DNA of 63,923 nucleotides, counting the filler, from Octopus bimaculoides (Eukaryota), in the NCBI RefSeq assembly GCF_001194135.2. It is 7 parts of 6 records of this genome, joined end to end, with 100 filler letters (N's around TTAATTAATTAA, not from the genome) between each part and the next. Parts side by side here need not be neighbours in the genome. Positions count along the whole stretch, not along the records: positions 58,329 to 63,923 come from NW_026435104.1; 6 more parts are not named here. One strand, 5' to 3'. The position numbers and the translations under genes are program-made. The notes below the pieces were generated by a model. It did no database searches and was not told the origin of the DNA. It was given only the letters and a program-made list of their open reading frames with translations. Below, in pieces: positions 61,891 to 63,923 of the stretch (the stretch's first letter is position 1; every line of letters starts with the position of its first letter).

Positions 61891-62108
61891 TAAGGCGGCG
61901 AGCTGGCAGAAACGTTAGCACGCCGGGCGAAATGCTTAGCGGTATTTCGTCTGCCGTGACGTTCAGAGTTCAAATTCCGCCGAGGTCGACTTTGCCTTTC
62001 ATCCTTTCAGGGTCGATAAATTAAGTACCAGTTGTGCTCTTGATTCGATCTAATCGACGAGCCCCTCCCCCAAAATTTCAGGCCTTGTGCTTAGAGCAGA
62101 AAAGAATT
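61891..62108 (+). mobile_element. SINE family B, well preserved
   Basis: taaggcggcgagctggcagaaacgttagcacg (box A-like), gagttcaaattcc (box B-like), gcctttcatcctttcagggtcgataaattaagtaccag core. Confidence 0.9.
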
Positions 62109-62189
62109 AAGACCACAGTTAAACAGAAGGTTTCTATCGTAGAACCTTGGACAATATCGACCAGGATGGTATCATAAAAGGAATACGGT

Positions 62190-62424
62190 CAGTTACGGGG
62201 ATGTAACCAGACCAGCATCGGTTGGCAAGCGATGTTGGTGGACGAACACAGACAGACAGACACACACACACACATATATATATATATACGACGGTTTTCT
62301 TTCAGTTTCCGTCTACCAAATCCACTCACAAGGCTTTGGTCGGCTCGAGGTTATAGTAGTGAGACTGAGCCCGGAACAATGTAGTTGGTAGCTATTCCTG
62401 CGCCCGTCGTAAATAAATAAATAA

Positions 62425-62464
<40 letters not shown>

Positions 62465-63030
62465 ATCCCCCCACCTCGACATCGCTTGACGACCGATGCT
62501 GGTGTGTTTATTTCCCCGTAACCTAGCGGTTCTGCAAAAGTGACCGATAGGATAAGTACTAGGCTTACAAAGAATAAGTCCTGGGGTCGAATTGTTCGAC
62601 CAACATCCTCTAAGGGTCGCCGTAACTAAAATGCGGTGTTACAGCAATAAGCAGTGATGTGTATAAACACAAACTTGTTACCAGTTTAAATATGTCATTT
62701 CAAAATATAGAGTAATGATAAGTAGCTACATGTATGCGTCAATAGATTTGTATGGGAAGAAGTGATTGGTACATAGATAGGTCGATAGACAGAAAGATAA
62801 GGTTAACTGAAAATCCCTTCAAAGAAAGCTTCAGGCGACCAATGTATACATTCAGACACTCAGAGAAACACTGTTCACCACTTCATTCTTCAAACGTATT
62901 TAGAGCTTAAAGGGGACAGATAGAATAAGTACTAAATTTTAAAAGGGATGCACTGGGATTCAAGGCGGTGCTCCAGCATGGCCGCTATTGAATGACTGAA
63001 ATAAGTAAACGGTAAAAGATGAAAGAACGA
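62190..63030. mobile_element. SINE family A fragments in both orientations
   Basis: 62190-62404 (-, internally deleted); 62455-62602 and 62915-63030 (+, tail pieces). Confidence 0.7.
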
Positions 63031-63404
63031 TAAATTATAAAGATAAAAGATGGAAGATTGATATATTATAAAATCGAATCGACCATTGAAGAGCACACAC
63101 TCTACTGCATTATTGGTTCCAGAAGGTGTCCTCTGTGTATATTGGAGAATTGTAACATTCTATTATAGCTATTTGCAATTTTGAACAAGTAATTGGAATT
63201 CGTGAATTCTTGCAGACATTTCCATCGATATTTATCGAGAAATTTTTCCAAATGCCAACCGACTAAAGTCGTTTATTTCCTACTTAAGGATGTGCCAGGC
63301 TCTGTAAAATTTTCATATAAGCAAACAGCAAAAGAAAAAAGAAAAAAAAAAGAAAAAGAACCATTTCGTTTGCGCTAAACTGCTGCTGCTGCAACTGCTG
63401 TTAT

Positions 63405-63681
63405 AATATCAACAGCAACAACAATTACTACTACTACTACTACTATTACGACGACGGCTGCTACTGCTGCTACTACTACTACTACTACGACGGCGGCGGC
63501 TGCTACTACTACTTATGTGAATACTATTGTGGTTACTACTACTACTACTACCACGACGACGACGACGACGGCTGCCTCTACTACTTATGTGACTACTACT
63601 GTGGTTACTACTACTACTACTACTGCTGCAGCTACTGCAAGAACAACTACTGCATCTGCTGCCGCTACAACTACTATTACA

Positions 63682-63718
<37 letters not shown>

Positions 63719-63735
63719 AGCCTAGTAGTAGTAGC
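63405..63735. repeat. (CTA/CGA/CTG)n trinucleotide mosaic
   Basis: Direct reading. Confidence 0.95.
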
Positions 63736-63923
63736 AGCTAGCACCAACACCCCGGCGCTCTAACCACTACCGCTTCCACAATTACCACCAATGCAACACA
63801 ATCATAACCGCTGTGACACCACAACCATTGCTATACCACTGCGACGACCACCGTCCACATATCACCATTACCACCTTCACACCATCAACACGACCAACAC
63901 AACCACCACCACCACCATCACCA

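Noticed and set aside
4374-62108. tRNA-like sequences with box A/B
   Set aside because: All continue into SINE bodies and lack a complete cloverleaf; no genuine tRNA gene is supported.
63216-63307. Possible plus-strand terminal exon ISIDIYREIFPNANRLKSFISYLRMCQAL*
   Set aside because: Plausible acceptor, but another frame is equally open and no family is recognised; not supportable without homology.

Overview
AT-rich, repeat-saturated animal draft-genome scaffold. The tRNA-derived SINE families and extreme microsatellite density point to an octopus/coleoid cephalopod (inference). It has many N gaps, six of them artificial 100-bp spacers (N44-TTAATTAATTAA-N44). There is no complete gene, and almost all ORFs in the supplied track are microsatellite, gap or SINE noise. 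One convincing coding exon was found by hand: the minus-strand terminal exon (54943-55068) of a non-canonical PPP-family Ser/Thr phosphatase, with a probable 3' UTR and polyA signal. The rest is layered, often nested mobile DNA: SINEs, decayed mariner/maT/IS630-Tc1, hAT, piggyBac and pogo elements, RTE, R4/Dong and L1/Tx1 LINE remnants, and a Helentron-type element. Best lead: a 350-nt highly self-complementary unit (53113-53485) with a 23-nt terminal redundancy and a type I hammerhead-ribozyme motif, which looks like a retrozyme or circRNA-derived insertion. Other leads: an RTE insertion with a 125-bp target duplication, an 88-bp hairpin whose transitions are all G-U compatible, two hAT MITEs sharing one target site, two R4/Dong ends stacked in one (TAA)n tract, and a patchwork of locally templated copies. 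All assignments come from manual reading and recalled motifs; no database searches were run.
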